A model generated the notes under the pieces. It searched no databases and was not told the origin of the DNA. It saw only the letters and a program-made list of their open reading frames with translations. A stretch of DNA of 58,393 bases from contig MEMO01000031.1 of the NCBI GenBank assembly GCA_001767955.1, positions 50,647 through 109,039 of the forward strand, in the 5' to 3' direction. The stretch's first letter is position 1, and each line of letters begins with the position of its first letter. Both the position numbers and the translations under genes were made by a program. The DNA is from Alphaproteobacteria bacterium RIFCSPLOWO2_01_FULL_40_26. Its GTDB lineage: Bacteria; Pseudomonadota; Alphaproteobacteria; Rickettsiales; UBA1997. Positions 42,096-50,162 of this stretch are shown one piece after another.

Positions 42096-42386
42096 TTAAA
42101 GCGGTATTGCTTCACTTAAAATGAAAGGCTTAAACTCATTTCTGATCGCTCTATCTGAAATCACATCAACCTTGCACTTAAGCAAATCGCACAAATCAAT
42201 ATCGAGCCCGGATTCATCAAACAATGACGCGCCCTCTTTAAAGTGCACAAGGAAATCAATATCGCTATCAATCCTGTTATCACCCCTGACAACAGAACCA
42301 AAAATACGAACATTTTCAGCTTTGTATTTATTCGCAATCTGTAGGATCCGATCACGATATTTTGTGCGCAAAATTTCCATATCCAT
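42096..42386 (-). CDS. Minimal nucleotidyltransferase (MNT-type, pol-beta superfamily), no HEPN partner
   Basis: 96 aa. ..RIFGSVVRGDNRIDSDIDFLV.. is the GS.(9-11).D.D nucleotidyltransferase motif. The start lies 2 nt after the aroQ stop. Confidence 0.8.
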   Translation of the reverse strand: MDMEILRTKYRDRILQIANKYKAENVRIFGSVVRGDNRIDSDIDFLVHFKEGASLFDESGLDIDLCDLLKCKVDVISDRAIRNEFKPFILSEAIPL

Positions 42387-42388
42387 CG

Positions 42389-42820
42389 CTAAATCATGCT
42401 ATTCATCGCAAGCAGCGCAATGGTATAACCTTGCACGCCAAGGCCTGATATTGTTGCGTCGACAACATCACTTAAAAACGAATGTTGGCGGAATTCTTCG
42501 CGTTTGAAGATGTTGGAAATATGGAGTTCGATTTTTGGTTTGGAAAAAATTTCCAGCGCGTCGCGTATGGCAATGGAAGTGTGAGTATAAGCAGCAGCAT
42601 TGATGATCAAACCGTCAAATTCTTCGGCAGCATTTTGAATGATATCAACCAATTCGCCCTCATTGTTTGATTGTTGAAATTCAATTCTAACGCCAAGTTC
42701 TTTGGCAAGTTTTTCACAATCGGCGGCGATTTTATCGAGCGAGATATCGCCATAAATCTTCTTATCGCGCTTATGCAGCAAGTTCAGATTTGGACCGTTA
42801 AGAATTAGAATTTTTTTCAT
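42389..42820 (-). CDS. aroQ: 3-dehydroquinate dehydratase, type II
   Basis: 143 aa. ILILNGPNLNLLHKRDKKIYG, ..NEGELVD.., ..INAAAYTHTSIAIRDAL. Confidence 0.92.
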   Translation of the reverse strand: MKKILILNGPNLNLLHKRDKKIYGDISLDKIAADCEKLAKELGVRIEFQQSNNEGELVDIIQNAAEEFDGLIINAAAYTHTSIAIRDALEIFSKPKIELHISNIFKREEFRQHSFLSDVVDATISGLGVQGYTIALLAMNSMI

Positions 42821-43592
42821 GAGATAATCCGATTTTTATATAAGCAAAAATTGTGATGGGAATTGAAATTGCGTAAGTAATTCCAAGCACTGCCAGTGCA
42901 ATCCATGGTTTGATAATCAAACCAATGATGAATGAACCGAGAATCAACAAGGTGAGATAGGCATAATCATTTTTGATTGGAATTTTTTTGATGGAAATTG
43001 TTGGCACGCGGCTGGCCATAAGCACCGCAAGCACGCAAACATAGGTGATTACGGTGATTGGATTGGAATAAAATCCGTTGCCAAATTCATAAAATAAAAC
43101 CATGGGAAGCATTGTCATTGCTGCTCCTACGGGAGCTGGAATGCCTTTAAAAAAATATTTTTCCAACAACGGATTTTGTGCCTCACGACCCAAATCAACA
43201 TTGAAACGCGCCAGACGAATCGCACCACAAACAGCAAAAAACAAAACCATTGCCCAATTGAGACCACGCACATCGAGGTAGGAATTAACCCAAGAATAAA
43301 CTACAAAACCTGGAGTCACGCCAAAATTTACAAAATCAACTAACGAATCAAGTTGCGCGCCGAAATCGGAAGAAGAATTGAGAAAGCGCGCGAGACGACC
43401 ATCAACACCATCCATAAAACCAGCAAGAAGAAGAAAGGCTGAAGCTTTGACAAAATCACCATGGAGTGAAAAACGAATTGCTGTCAGCGCAATGCACAGA
43501 CTGGTTAATGTCACAAGATTCGGCAACAGCCTGAATAAAGGAAAATAGCCGCCTTCGGCATATCTGATTTGATGAATAATCTGTTTTGGCAT
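42798..43592 (-). CDS. pssA: CDP-diacylglycerol--serine O-phosphatidyltransferase
   Basis: 264 aa membrane protein with the CDP-alcohol phosphatidyltransferase motif DGVDGRLAR..(8)..GAQLDSLVD. Confidence 0.85.
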   Translation of the reverse strand: MPKQIIHQIRYAEGGYFPLFRLLPNLVTLTSLCIALTAIRFSLHGDFVKASAFLLLAGFMDGVDGRLARFLNSSSDFGAQLDSLVDFVNFGVTPGFVVYSWVNSYLDVRGLNWAMVLFFAVCGAIRLARFNVDLGREAQNPLLEKYFFKGIPAPVGAAMTMLPMVLFYEFGNGFYSNPITVITYVCVLAVLMASRVPTISIKKIPIKNDYAYLTLLILGSFIIGLIIKPWIALAVLGITYAISIPITIFAYIKIGLSHEKNSNS

Positions 43593-43654
43593 AGAAAATT
43601 TTTGCTTTAATCACAAAGCAAATTTAGTTTTTAGACATCAAACATTTCTTCTCA

Positions 43655-45568
43655 ATGACAAAAACTGATCTTTCCAATTGCATCCGCTTTTTATCGGCTG
43701 ATGCCGTTGAACGCGCTAATTCAGGCCATCCGGGGATGCCGATGGGCATGGCTGATGTCGCCACAATTCTGTTTTTAGAATTTTTAAAATTTGATCCAAA
43801 AAATCCCAAATGGCTTAATCGCGACCGTTTTGTTTTATCGGCTGGACACGGCTCGATGCTGCTTTATTCGCTACTTTATCTCACTGGTTATGAGGATATT
43901 ACACTCGATGATCTAAAAAATTTTCGTCAGCTTCATTCCAAATGTGCCGGCCATCCGGAATTTGGACATCTTGCCGGAATTGAAACCACAACCGGTCCAC
44001 TGGGACAAGGCCTTGCAAACGCTGTTGGCATGGCAATTGCTGAAAAAATTTTAGCAGCACGTTATGGAAAAATTTTCGATCACAAAACTTACACAATCGT
44101 TGGCGATGGCTGTTTAATGGAAGGAATTTCGCAAGAAGCAATCTCTCTTGCCGGACACTTAAACCTCAACAAACTCGTGGTTTTGTGGGATAACAACTCG
44201 ATTTCAATCGATGGTAAAACTTCGCTTACAACTTCCGAAAATATGAAGCGCCGCTTCGAGGCTTGCGGTTTTCGCGTTTTGCAAATTGACGGCCATAATT
44301 TCGACGAAATTCGCACAGCGCTAAAAAAAGCAAAAAATTCCAAAAAACCGCTGATGATCGATTGCAAAACCACTATCGGTTTTGGCGCGCCAAACAAGGC
44401 TGGAACAGAAAAATGCCACGGCTCGCCTCTTGGTGCAGAAGAAATCAAAAAAACCCGTGAAAAACTGGGCTGGCAATATGAGCCATTTGCGATTCCAGAT
44501 CACTTGCTTGCTGAATGGAGAAAATGCGGAATAAATTCAAAAAACTGGGAAAGAAAATTTAAAAAATCAGGAATTTCATTGGCAACAAATCCACTACAAA
44601 ATATCGATTTGTTCAGGCAAAAAATACTGGATGAAAAGCAAAAACAGGCAACGCGCAAATCCTCGCAGCAAATTCTGGAATTTTTAACCGCACAATTGCC
44701 AAACCTGATTGGCGGCTCGGCCGATTTGACTGAATCGGTCCTAACTAAAACCTCACACAGCAAAACAATTTCCGCACAGGATTTTTCTGGTTCCTATATC
44801 CATTACGGCGTGCGTGAACATGCCATGGCAGCAGCGATGAACGGCATTGCGCTGCATAGCAATTTCATTCCTTACGGCGGAACTTTTCTGGTTTTTTGCG
44901 ATTATATGAAACCGGCAATCCGCCTTGCCGCTTTGATGAAACAACAGGTGATTTACATCTTCACTCACGATTCCATCGGGCTTGGCGAAGATGGTCCAAC
45001 ACATCAGCCAGTCGAACATTTGGCAATGTTGCGCGCCATCCCGAATCTCAATGTTTTACGCCCTTGCGACATGGAAGAAACTTTGGCCTGTTTTGAATTG
45101 GCTTTAGCGGCAAAAAAAACACCATCGGCAATCGTGTTAACACGCCAAAATCTACCATTTTTAAACAAGGATTCGCAAAATTATCACCGTGGCGGCTATG
45201 TGATTTCAGCATGCGAAAATCCTGATGTCGTCATAATTGCAACCGGCTCGGAAGTGGTAATTGCAATGGAAGCGCAGGAAAAATTAAAACAGCATCAAAT
45301 CAATGCCCGCGTGGTTTCAATGCCATGTTTTGAAATTTTTGAACAGCAGGATGAGATTTACAAACACTTGGTTTTAGGTGATAAAAATATTTTACGCGTC
45401 GGCATAGAAGCCGCAATTTCACAAGGATTTGAAAAATATTTAGGCTGCAATGGAATTTTCATCGGCATGAATGATTTCGGCGCTTCGGCAAAAGGCGAAG
45501 ATTTGTTCAAACATTTCGGAATTACCGCTGATAATGTGGTTGAAAAAGTCAAACTAAAAATAAATTAA
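43655..45568 (+). CDS. tkt: Transketolase
   Basis: 637 aa. RFLSADAVERANSGHPGMPMGMADV, GDGCLMEGIS, ..HDSIGLGEDGPTHQP. Confidence 0.95.
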   Translation: MTKTDLSNCIRFLSADAVERANSGHPGMPMGMADVATILFLEFLKFDPKNPKWLNRDRFVLSAGHGSMLLYSLLYLTGYEDITLDDLKNFRQLHSKCAGHPEFGHLAGIETTTGPLGQGLANAVGMAIAEKILAARYGKIFDHKTYTIVGDGCLMEGISQEAISLAGHLNLNKLVVLWDNNSISIDGKTSLTTSENMKRRFEACGFRVLQIDGHNFDEIRTALKKAKNSKKPLMIDCKTTIGFGAPNKAGTEKCHGSPLGAEEIKKTREKLGWQYEPFAIPDHLLAEWRKCGINSKNWERKFKKSGISLATNPLQNIDLFRQKILDEKQKQATRKSSQQILEFLTAQLPNLIGGSADLTESVLTKTSHSKTISAQDFSGSYIHYGVREHAMAAAMNGIALHSNFIPYGGTFLVFCDYMKPAIRLAALMKQQVIYIFTHDSIGLGEDGPTHQPVEHLAMLRAIPNLNVLRPCDMEETLACFELALAAKKTPSAIVLTRQNLPFLNKDSQNYHRGGYVISACENPDVVIIATGSEVVIAMEAQEKLKQHQINARVVSMPCFEIFEQQDEIYKHLVLGDKNILRVGIEAAISQGFEKYLGCNGIFIGMNDFGASAKGEDLFKHFGITADNVVEKVKLKIN

Positions 45569-45637
45569 AAAAAGACCAAAGGAACCGAGAAAGACGGTTT
45601 TTCAGAGGTTCCAAAATTAAAAGGCCGAGAGCAGATA

Positions 45638-46690
45638 ATGAACGCGGATAGAAAAATTTCCAAAGCAAAGCTCTTATTTTTACTCTTTATTCTAACCTCA
45701 TGCCAAACCACACCAGACAAGATTCCCTATTATTCCGGCTCAAAATCAAATCACTTTGATGGTAAAAAATTCATCCCCGAAACCAAACAACCAAACTTTT
45801 GGCAACATTTGCGCTTTGTTTTCAGCATTAAGGATTATTGGGGAAATGAGCATGATGAAATTTTACCAGTCAGACTTAATGAATTTAAAGAAATCAATCG
45901 CGCCCGCATCACTTTCATCGGCCACTCCACTTTTCTAATCCAAGTTCCAGACATCAATATTTTGACTGATCCAATTTGGTCAAACCGCGCCGGACCAATT
46001 CCTTTGCCGGTTTTTAGCACCAAACGCCAAAACCATCCCGCGATGAATCTTGAGGATTTGCCGCGCATTGATTTTGTTTTCATCAGCCACAATTCCTATT
46101 ACCACATGGACATTCCAACCATCAAAAAACTGCAGGAAAAATTTCAACCGAAATTCATCACCGGACTCGGAAACTGCTATTATCTGCAAAAGGTGAAAGA
46201 GCTTGATATCAGCTGTTTTGAGCTTGATTGGGATCAGAAAATAAAATTACAAAATGGCATAGATTTTTATTTTGTAAAAACCAAAGGCTGGTCAAAAAGA
46301 TCGTGGTTTGACACTAACAAAACTTTGTGTGGATCGCTTTTGATCACAACTCCGCGCATTAAAATTTACTTCGCCGGCGACACCGCCTATTCACAACATC
46401 TGCGCGAGATCGGCAATAAATATGGCCCGCTTGATGTAGCACTTTTGCCTATCGGCGCTTATGAACCAAGATGGTATCTCAAAGAATATCACATGAATCC
46501 GGAAGAGGCAGTGAAGGCTCATATTCTGCTTAACACCAAAAAATCCATCGGCATGCATTTTGACACTTTTCAAACCACCAATGAAGGATATCTCGAAGCA
46601 AGAATTGCACTTTCGGAAGCCAAATTAACCTATGGCTTAAGCAAGCTTGAATTTGTGGCCCCAGGATTTGGGGAAAGTTTTGAGTTTTAG
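45638..46690 (+). CDS. MBL-fold (Lactamase_B_2 / NAPE-PLD-like) lipoprotein with a degenerate metal motif
   Basis: 350 aa. Lipobox FILTSC. ITFIGHSTFLIQ and ..DFVFISHNSYYHMD.. sit where this family normally has SH.H.DH. Confidence 0.65.
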   Translation: MNADRKISKAKLLFLLFILTSCQTTPDKIPYYSGSKSNHFDGKKFIPETKQPNFWQHLRFVFSIKDYWGNEHDEILPVRLNEFKEINRARITFIGHSTFLIQVPDINILTDPIWSNRAGPIPLPVFSTKRQNHPAMNLEDLPRIDFVFISHNSYYHMDIPTIKKLQEKFQPKFITGLGNCYYLQKVKELDISCFELDWDQKIKLQNGIDFYFVKTKGWSKRSWFDTNKTLCGSLLITTPRIKIYFAGDTAYSQHLREIGNKYGPLDVALLPIGAYEPRWYLKEYHMNPEEAVKAHILLNTKKSIGMHFDTFQTTNEGYLEARIALSEAKLTYGLSKLEFVAPGFGESFEF

Positions 46691-46740
46691 CAAACATACC
46701 TATGCACGAAGCACGAAAATATAGTTTTTCATAGACTCAC

Positions 46741-47622
46741 CTAACATGCTTCCAAATCTAATACCATGTTCATCAACAACGCTGCATAGCCGTTTGTTTC
46801 TTCACCAAAATTTTCCTTCGAGCCAATCAAATCAAGAATCATGAATTTGAGATGATAATTTTGCGCCAATTTTAGCGCAGAGTTTTTTTCATCCAGAGTT
46901 TCACCAAAAATACATTTTATTTTTCCCGCTTCAGCCATGTCGGCAAATTCGCGCAAATCTTTGATGGCAAGCTCTTTGGTATGATCATTGGTCATGATTT
47001 TTGCCGGTTTAATATCAAAATAATCTTCAAAATATTGATAGCCATCATGATAAAAAACCGCCTGTGAGACATTGATTTTAGCCAGTTTTTCAGCAATTAT
47101 TGTTTCGGTTTTGGCGATTTCTTTTTTAAATTTTTCAAAATTATTGCGGAATTTTTGGCAATTTTTTTGATCATTTTCACAAAGCCTTGCCGTCATAAAT
47201 TCAGCAATTTTTATGCCATTTTGCGGATTCAACCAGAGATGGGAATCAAGTTGTTTTGAATTTTGTCTGCGCGGCAAAAGCTTGATACCGCTTATTTGCG
47301 AAAGGGCATAAGATTTCTTTTCCAGATGCAAATTTTTGATCAATTTGGGAAAATTTTTTTCCAGAGAATCATCAACATAAAAAACCAAATCAGCCTTGGC
47401 AAAAGCAGTAATATCATTTTTTTTTAGCTGATAATTATGCTCGGAAACATTGGGAGAAATGATTAAAATGCTGTTGTTTTTATCTGCACTAATCGCCAAA
47501 AGGATTTGATAAATTGGGTTGATTGAAGCGATATTTGCAGCATTTGCATGATTAAAGATAAACAAAAAAAACAGAATTATCCCAACAATTTTTCCGTGCT
47601 TCGTGCTTCGTGCATCGTGCAT
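46741..47622 (-). CDS. znuA: Metal (Zn/Mn) ABC transporter substrate-binding protein, ZnuA/TroA family
   Basis: The start is moved to ATG 47622 (MHDARSTKHGKIVGIILFFLFIFNHANA signal). It has ..DSHLWLNP.. and ..VFYHDGYQYF.. motifs and lies divergent to an ABC ATPase. The first residues are encoded by the heptad repeat. Confidence 0.7.
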   Translation of the reverse strand: MHDARSTKHGKIVGIILFFLFIFNHANAANIASINPIYQILLAISADKNNSILIISPNVSEHNYQLKKNDITAFAKADLVFYVDDSLEKNFPKLIKNLHLEKKSYALSQISGIKLLPRRQNSKQLDSHLWLNPQNGIKIAEFMTARLCENDQKNCQKFRNNFEKFKKEIAKTETIIAEKLAKINVSQAVFYHDGYQYFEDYFDIKPAKIMTNDHTKELAIKDLREFADMAEAGKIKCIFGETLDEKNSALKLAQNYHLKFMILDLIGSKENFGEETNGYAALLMNMVLDLEAC

Positions 47623-47667
47623 CGTTATTGAGTTTACGAAGCACGAAGCACGAAGCACGAAGCACGA
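47594..47667. repeat. Heptad hairpin, AGCACGA type, in the znuA<>znuC divergent region
   Basis: ccgtgcttcgtgcttcgtgcatcgtgcatcg - ttattgagttta - cgaagcacgaagcacgaagcacgaagcacga. The left arm overlaps the first codons of the znuA-like gene. Confidence 0.92.
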
Positions 47668-47684
47668 TTTTATATTACACATAA

Positions 47685-48380
47685 ATGACATTGATTGAGC
47701 TAAAAAATATCGGATTTGAAATCGCACATCAGAAAATCATCAACAAAATTTCACTGCAACTGCAAAAAGGCAAAATTACCACTTTGATTGGTCCAAATGG
47801 AGGTGGAAAAACCTCACTGGCACGCATTTTGCTTGGTATTTTAAAACCAACCACGGGTGAAATTATAAAAAATCATCGGATAAAAAAAGTCGGCTATATG
47901 CCGCAAAAAATTGAAATTGACAAAACCATTCCGATGTCGGCACGCGATTTCATTTTGCTATGCGGCAATGAAGTTGATAAAACTCTGACAACGCGCCTCA
48001 ATGTTGAAAAAATTCTCGATAAACAAATTCATGATCTCTCCGGCGGACAAATGCAAAAAATTCTGTTTTTACAGGCGATTGCTGGAAACCCGGAATTGCT
48101 TGTTCTAGATGAGCCAACGCAATATATGGACATCGCCGGAATTCAGGATTTTTATAAAATTATCGAAGAAATCAGGGAAAAAACCGGCTGCACCATTTTG
48201 CTAATTTCACATGATTTGCATATGGTCATGCAAAAAACCGATCTGGTTTTTTGTATCAATCACCATGTTTGCTGCCATGGCGCACCAGAGGATATTAATC
48301 AACATCCGGAATATCTTTCACTATTTGGAAACCGCAGCGTTGTCACGCTTTATCAGCATCATCACGATCATAAGCACTAG
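47685..48380 (+). CDS. znuC: Metal ABC transporter ATP-binding protein, ZnuC-like
   Basis: 231 aa. Walker A GPNGGGKTS, signature LSGGQMQK, Walker B LLVLDEP, and the His-rich tail LYQHHHDHKH. Confidence 0.8.
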   Translation: MTLIELKNIGFEIAHQKIINKISLQLQKGKITTLIGPNGGGKTSLARILLGILKPTTGEIIKNHRIKKVGYMPQKIEIDKTIPMSARDFILLCGNEVDKTLTTRLNVEKILDKQIHDLSGGQMQKILFLQAIAGNPELLVLDEPTQYMDIAGIQDFYKIIEEIREKTGCTILLISHDLHMVMQKTDLVFCINHHVCCHGAPEDINQHPEYLSLFGNRSVVTLYQHHHDHKH

Positions 48381-48400
48381 TAAATACAGGTTCTTAGATC

Positions 48401-49291
48401 TTAAATTCCCCATTTTTGTTCGAGATATTTTTCAATTGAGTCTCTTTCTTCTTCTTTGAGATAACGATCAAAAATTATCACTTCGCCAATCTGGCCTAAA
48501 TAAGAATCTCCCGCACCGGGAGTAGCCCAACAACCAACGGAAAAATTAGTGGTAAGATTAACTGGCATTTCTGTTGTATTGTTAGAATCGCTGGCAAGAG
48601 TGGTTCTATCAACTCTCAACGTTATAACATCATTTGTGCCACCGCTGGTGTCCTTTTGTCGAACCACGGAAACAATGTGCGGAACACTATAAAAATCGGT
48701 TGGAGCTGCGGCGCTAATTCTAGAACTACAACAAGTTCCAGTATGAAGATCGGCATGAATATTTCCAGCATCCGGTAAATGCATGGTAAATCGTCTGGTA
48801 CTGCTATCAGTAAAAAATCCAATATTGGAAACTTCTCCAGGGCCACTAGCGCCATATCTTTGAACGATGTAAAGCGACACTTCTCTTGCCGAAAAAATTT
48901 CATCACCCTTCGTGCTTGCTCTTTGCAAACAATCCAAACCATCAAAATCAGCCGCAGGCAGACCATTGATACCTTTGGTTAGATATTTCGGTTGTTCTGT
49001 GCCAGAGCCTTGAATGATAGTAAAAGCAGAAGGCGATTGAGGATTAATGCTAATCCATTGCGTAATCGGATCATTATTGTCCAAATCACTGCCGAAGGAT
49101 TTTTCCGATATTGAATCAAACCAAACAGTAAGCCCATTCATTCCCGCAACCGGAGAGCTCTGCGTTAAAGAACGCGCAGTATTTAGTTTCATCGCTGAAA
49201 CCAACCTGCTTGATTGGGTGATGCCGGCAACCAAAATTCCAATGATTAGAATTACGATTGATAACTCAATTAAGGAAAAAGCTCTTTTCAT
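48401..49291 (-). CDS. Prepilin-type N-terminal methylation-domain protein with a C-terminal LamG-like domain (paralog 2)
   Basis: MKRA|FSLIELSIVILIIGILVAG.. The first ~48 aa are almost identical to 8807-9703. The C-terminus is ..YLGQIGEVIIFDRYLKEEERDSIEKYLEQKWGI. Confidence 0.75.
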   Translation of the reverse strand: MKRAFSLIELSIVILIIGILVAGITQSSRLVSAMKLNTARSLTQSSPVAGMNGLTVWFDSISEKSFGSDLDNNDPITQWISINPQSPSAFTIIQGSGTEQPKYLTKGINGLPAADFDGLDCLQRASTKGDEIFSAREVSLYIVQRYGASGPGEVSNIGFFTDSSTRRFTMHLPDAGNIHADLHTGTCCSSRISAAAPTDFYSVPHIVSVVRQKDTSGGTNDVITLRVDRTTLASDSNNTTEMPVNLTTNFSVGCWATPGAGDSYLGQIGEVIIFDRYLKEEERDSIEKYLEQKWGI

Positions 49292-50082
49292 AAAATTTTA
49301 TCTGAGATTTGTTTAAAGATTGTTGAAATTTGAGGATGTTTTGAAACTGCAATTTCATGATTTTCAACTGTCATGGAAATTTCCAGCATCAGCGGCAATT
49401 CCCCTAGGAAATCGATGGCGATTTTTTTTGCAAGTTTTTTTGCGCCATCTTCCCCAAAAACAAATTTTTTCTCGCCGTTAATTTCGAGATACGACATGTT
49501 TTGAATCAAACCAAGAATCGGGATTTTTAATTTTTGAAAACAATCAACAGATTTTACAACATCAATCACGGCAAGGCTTTGCGGCGTTGACACAATAACA
49601 ACTCCGGCAAGCGGAAATTTTTCGGCGATACTCAAATAAACATCACCGGTGCCGGGTGGCATGTCGATTAACATCACATCAACTTCCTTGCCATCTGCTT
49701 TCCAATTTACTGAACGAATGAGCTGATAAAGAATTTTAGTCACCATCGGTCCGCGCCATACACCAGCGGCGCTTGCATCAATCATCGAGCCGATAGAAAT
49801 GCATTTCACGCCATGCGAAATCAACGGCAAAATCAGATTATTTTTTTGTTCAGGCTTATCTCGCAGATTCATTAGATGCGGAACCGAAGGGCCATAAATA
49901 TCAGCATCAACCAAAGCAACATTTAAACCGTTTTGATGCATACTAACCGCCAAATTACAGGCAATTGTCGATTTACCGACTCCACCTTTTGCCGAGGCAA
50001 TGGCGATGATTTTTTTGACACCAGAAACCGGGAGAATTTGCGGTCTTATGAAGTCGGATAAAGTTTTTTTATCATCTAGCAT
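49288..50082 (-). CDS. apbC: Fe-S cluster carrier ATPase, Mrp/ApbC/NBP35 family
   Basis: 264 aa. IIAIASAKGGVGKST deviant Walker A, ..DADIYGPS.., ..DMPPGTGD.. Confidence 0.88.
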   Translation of the reverse strand: MLDDKKTLSDFIRPQILPVSGVKKIIAIASAKGGVGKSTIACNLAVSMHQNGLNVALVDADIYGPSVPHLMNLRDKPEQKNNLILPLISHGVKCISIGSMIDASAAGVWRGPMVTKILYQLIRSVNWKADGKEVDVMLIDMPPGTGDVYLSIAEKFPLAGVVIVSTPQSLAVIDVVKSVDCFQKLKIPILGLIQNMSYLEINGEKKFVFGEDGAKKLAKKIAIDFLGELPLMLEISMTVENHEIAVSKHPQISTIFKQISDKIL

Positions 50083-50085
50083 AAA

Positions 50086-50154
50086 TTTAGGATTTAGGAT
50101 TTAAGATTTAGGATTTAAGATTTAGGATTTAAAATCCTCGCTAAATAAAAATCT
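50086..50154. repeat. Heptad repeat / asymmetric hairpin, TAGGATT/TAAGATT type, filling the apbC<>hflK divergent region
   Basis: tttaggatttaggatttaagatttaggatttaagatttaggattt, followed by the degenerate inverse aaaatcctcgctaaataaaaatct. Confidence 0.88.
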
Positions 50155-50162
50155 CAAACAAA

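Noticed and set aside
45569-45637. A terminator after tkt (ggaacc...ggttcc with an inner accg-agaaaga-cggt followed by ttttt).
   Set aside because: The stems are only 4-6 bp and AT-poor in context. It is too weak to call.
47623-47684. A Zur/Fur-type operator in the znuA<>znuC spacer.
   Set aside because: The only symmetric element is the GC-containing heptad hairpin. The remaining attttatattacacataa is too short and lacks a clear dyad. No call can be made without a genome-specific motif.
47623-47727. A 35-codon N-terminal extension of the znuA-like ORF (MRFQIRYFLAQSMSFMCNIKSCFVLRASCFVNSIT).
   Set aside because: It is a translation of the heptad hairpin (the CFVLRAS peptide is the stop-free reverse reading of AGCACGA repeats), and it would overlap the znuC-like start. 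The signal peptide follows the internal Met at 47622.
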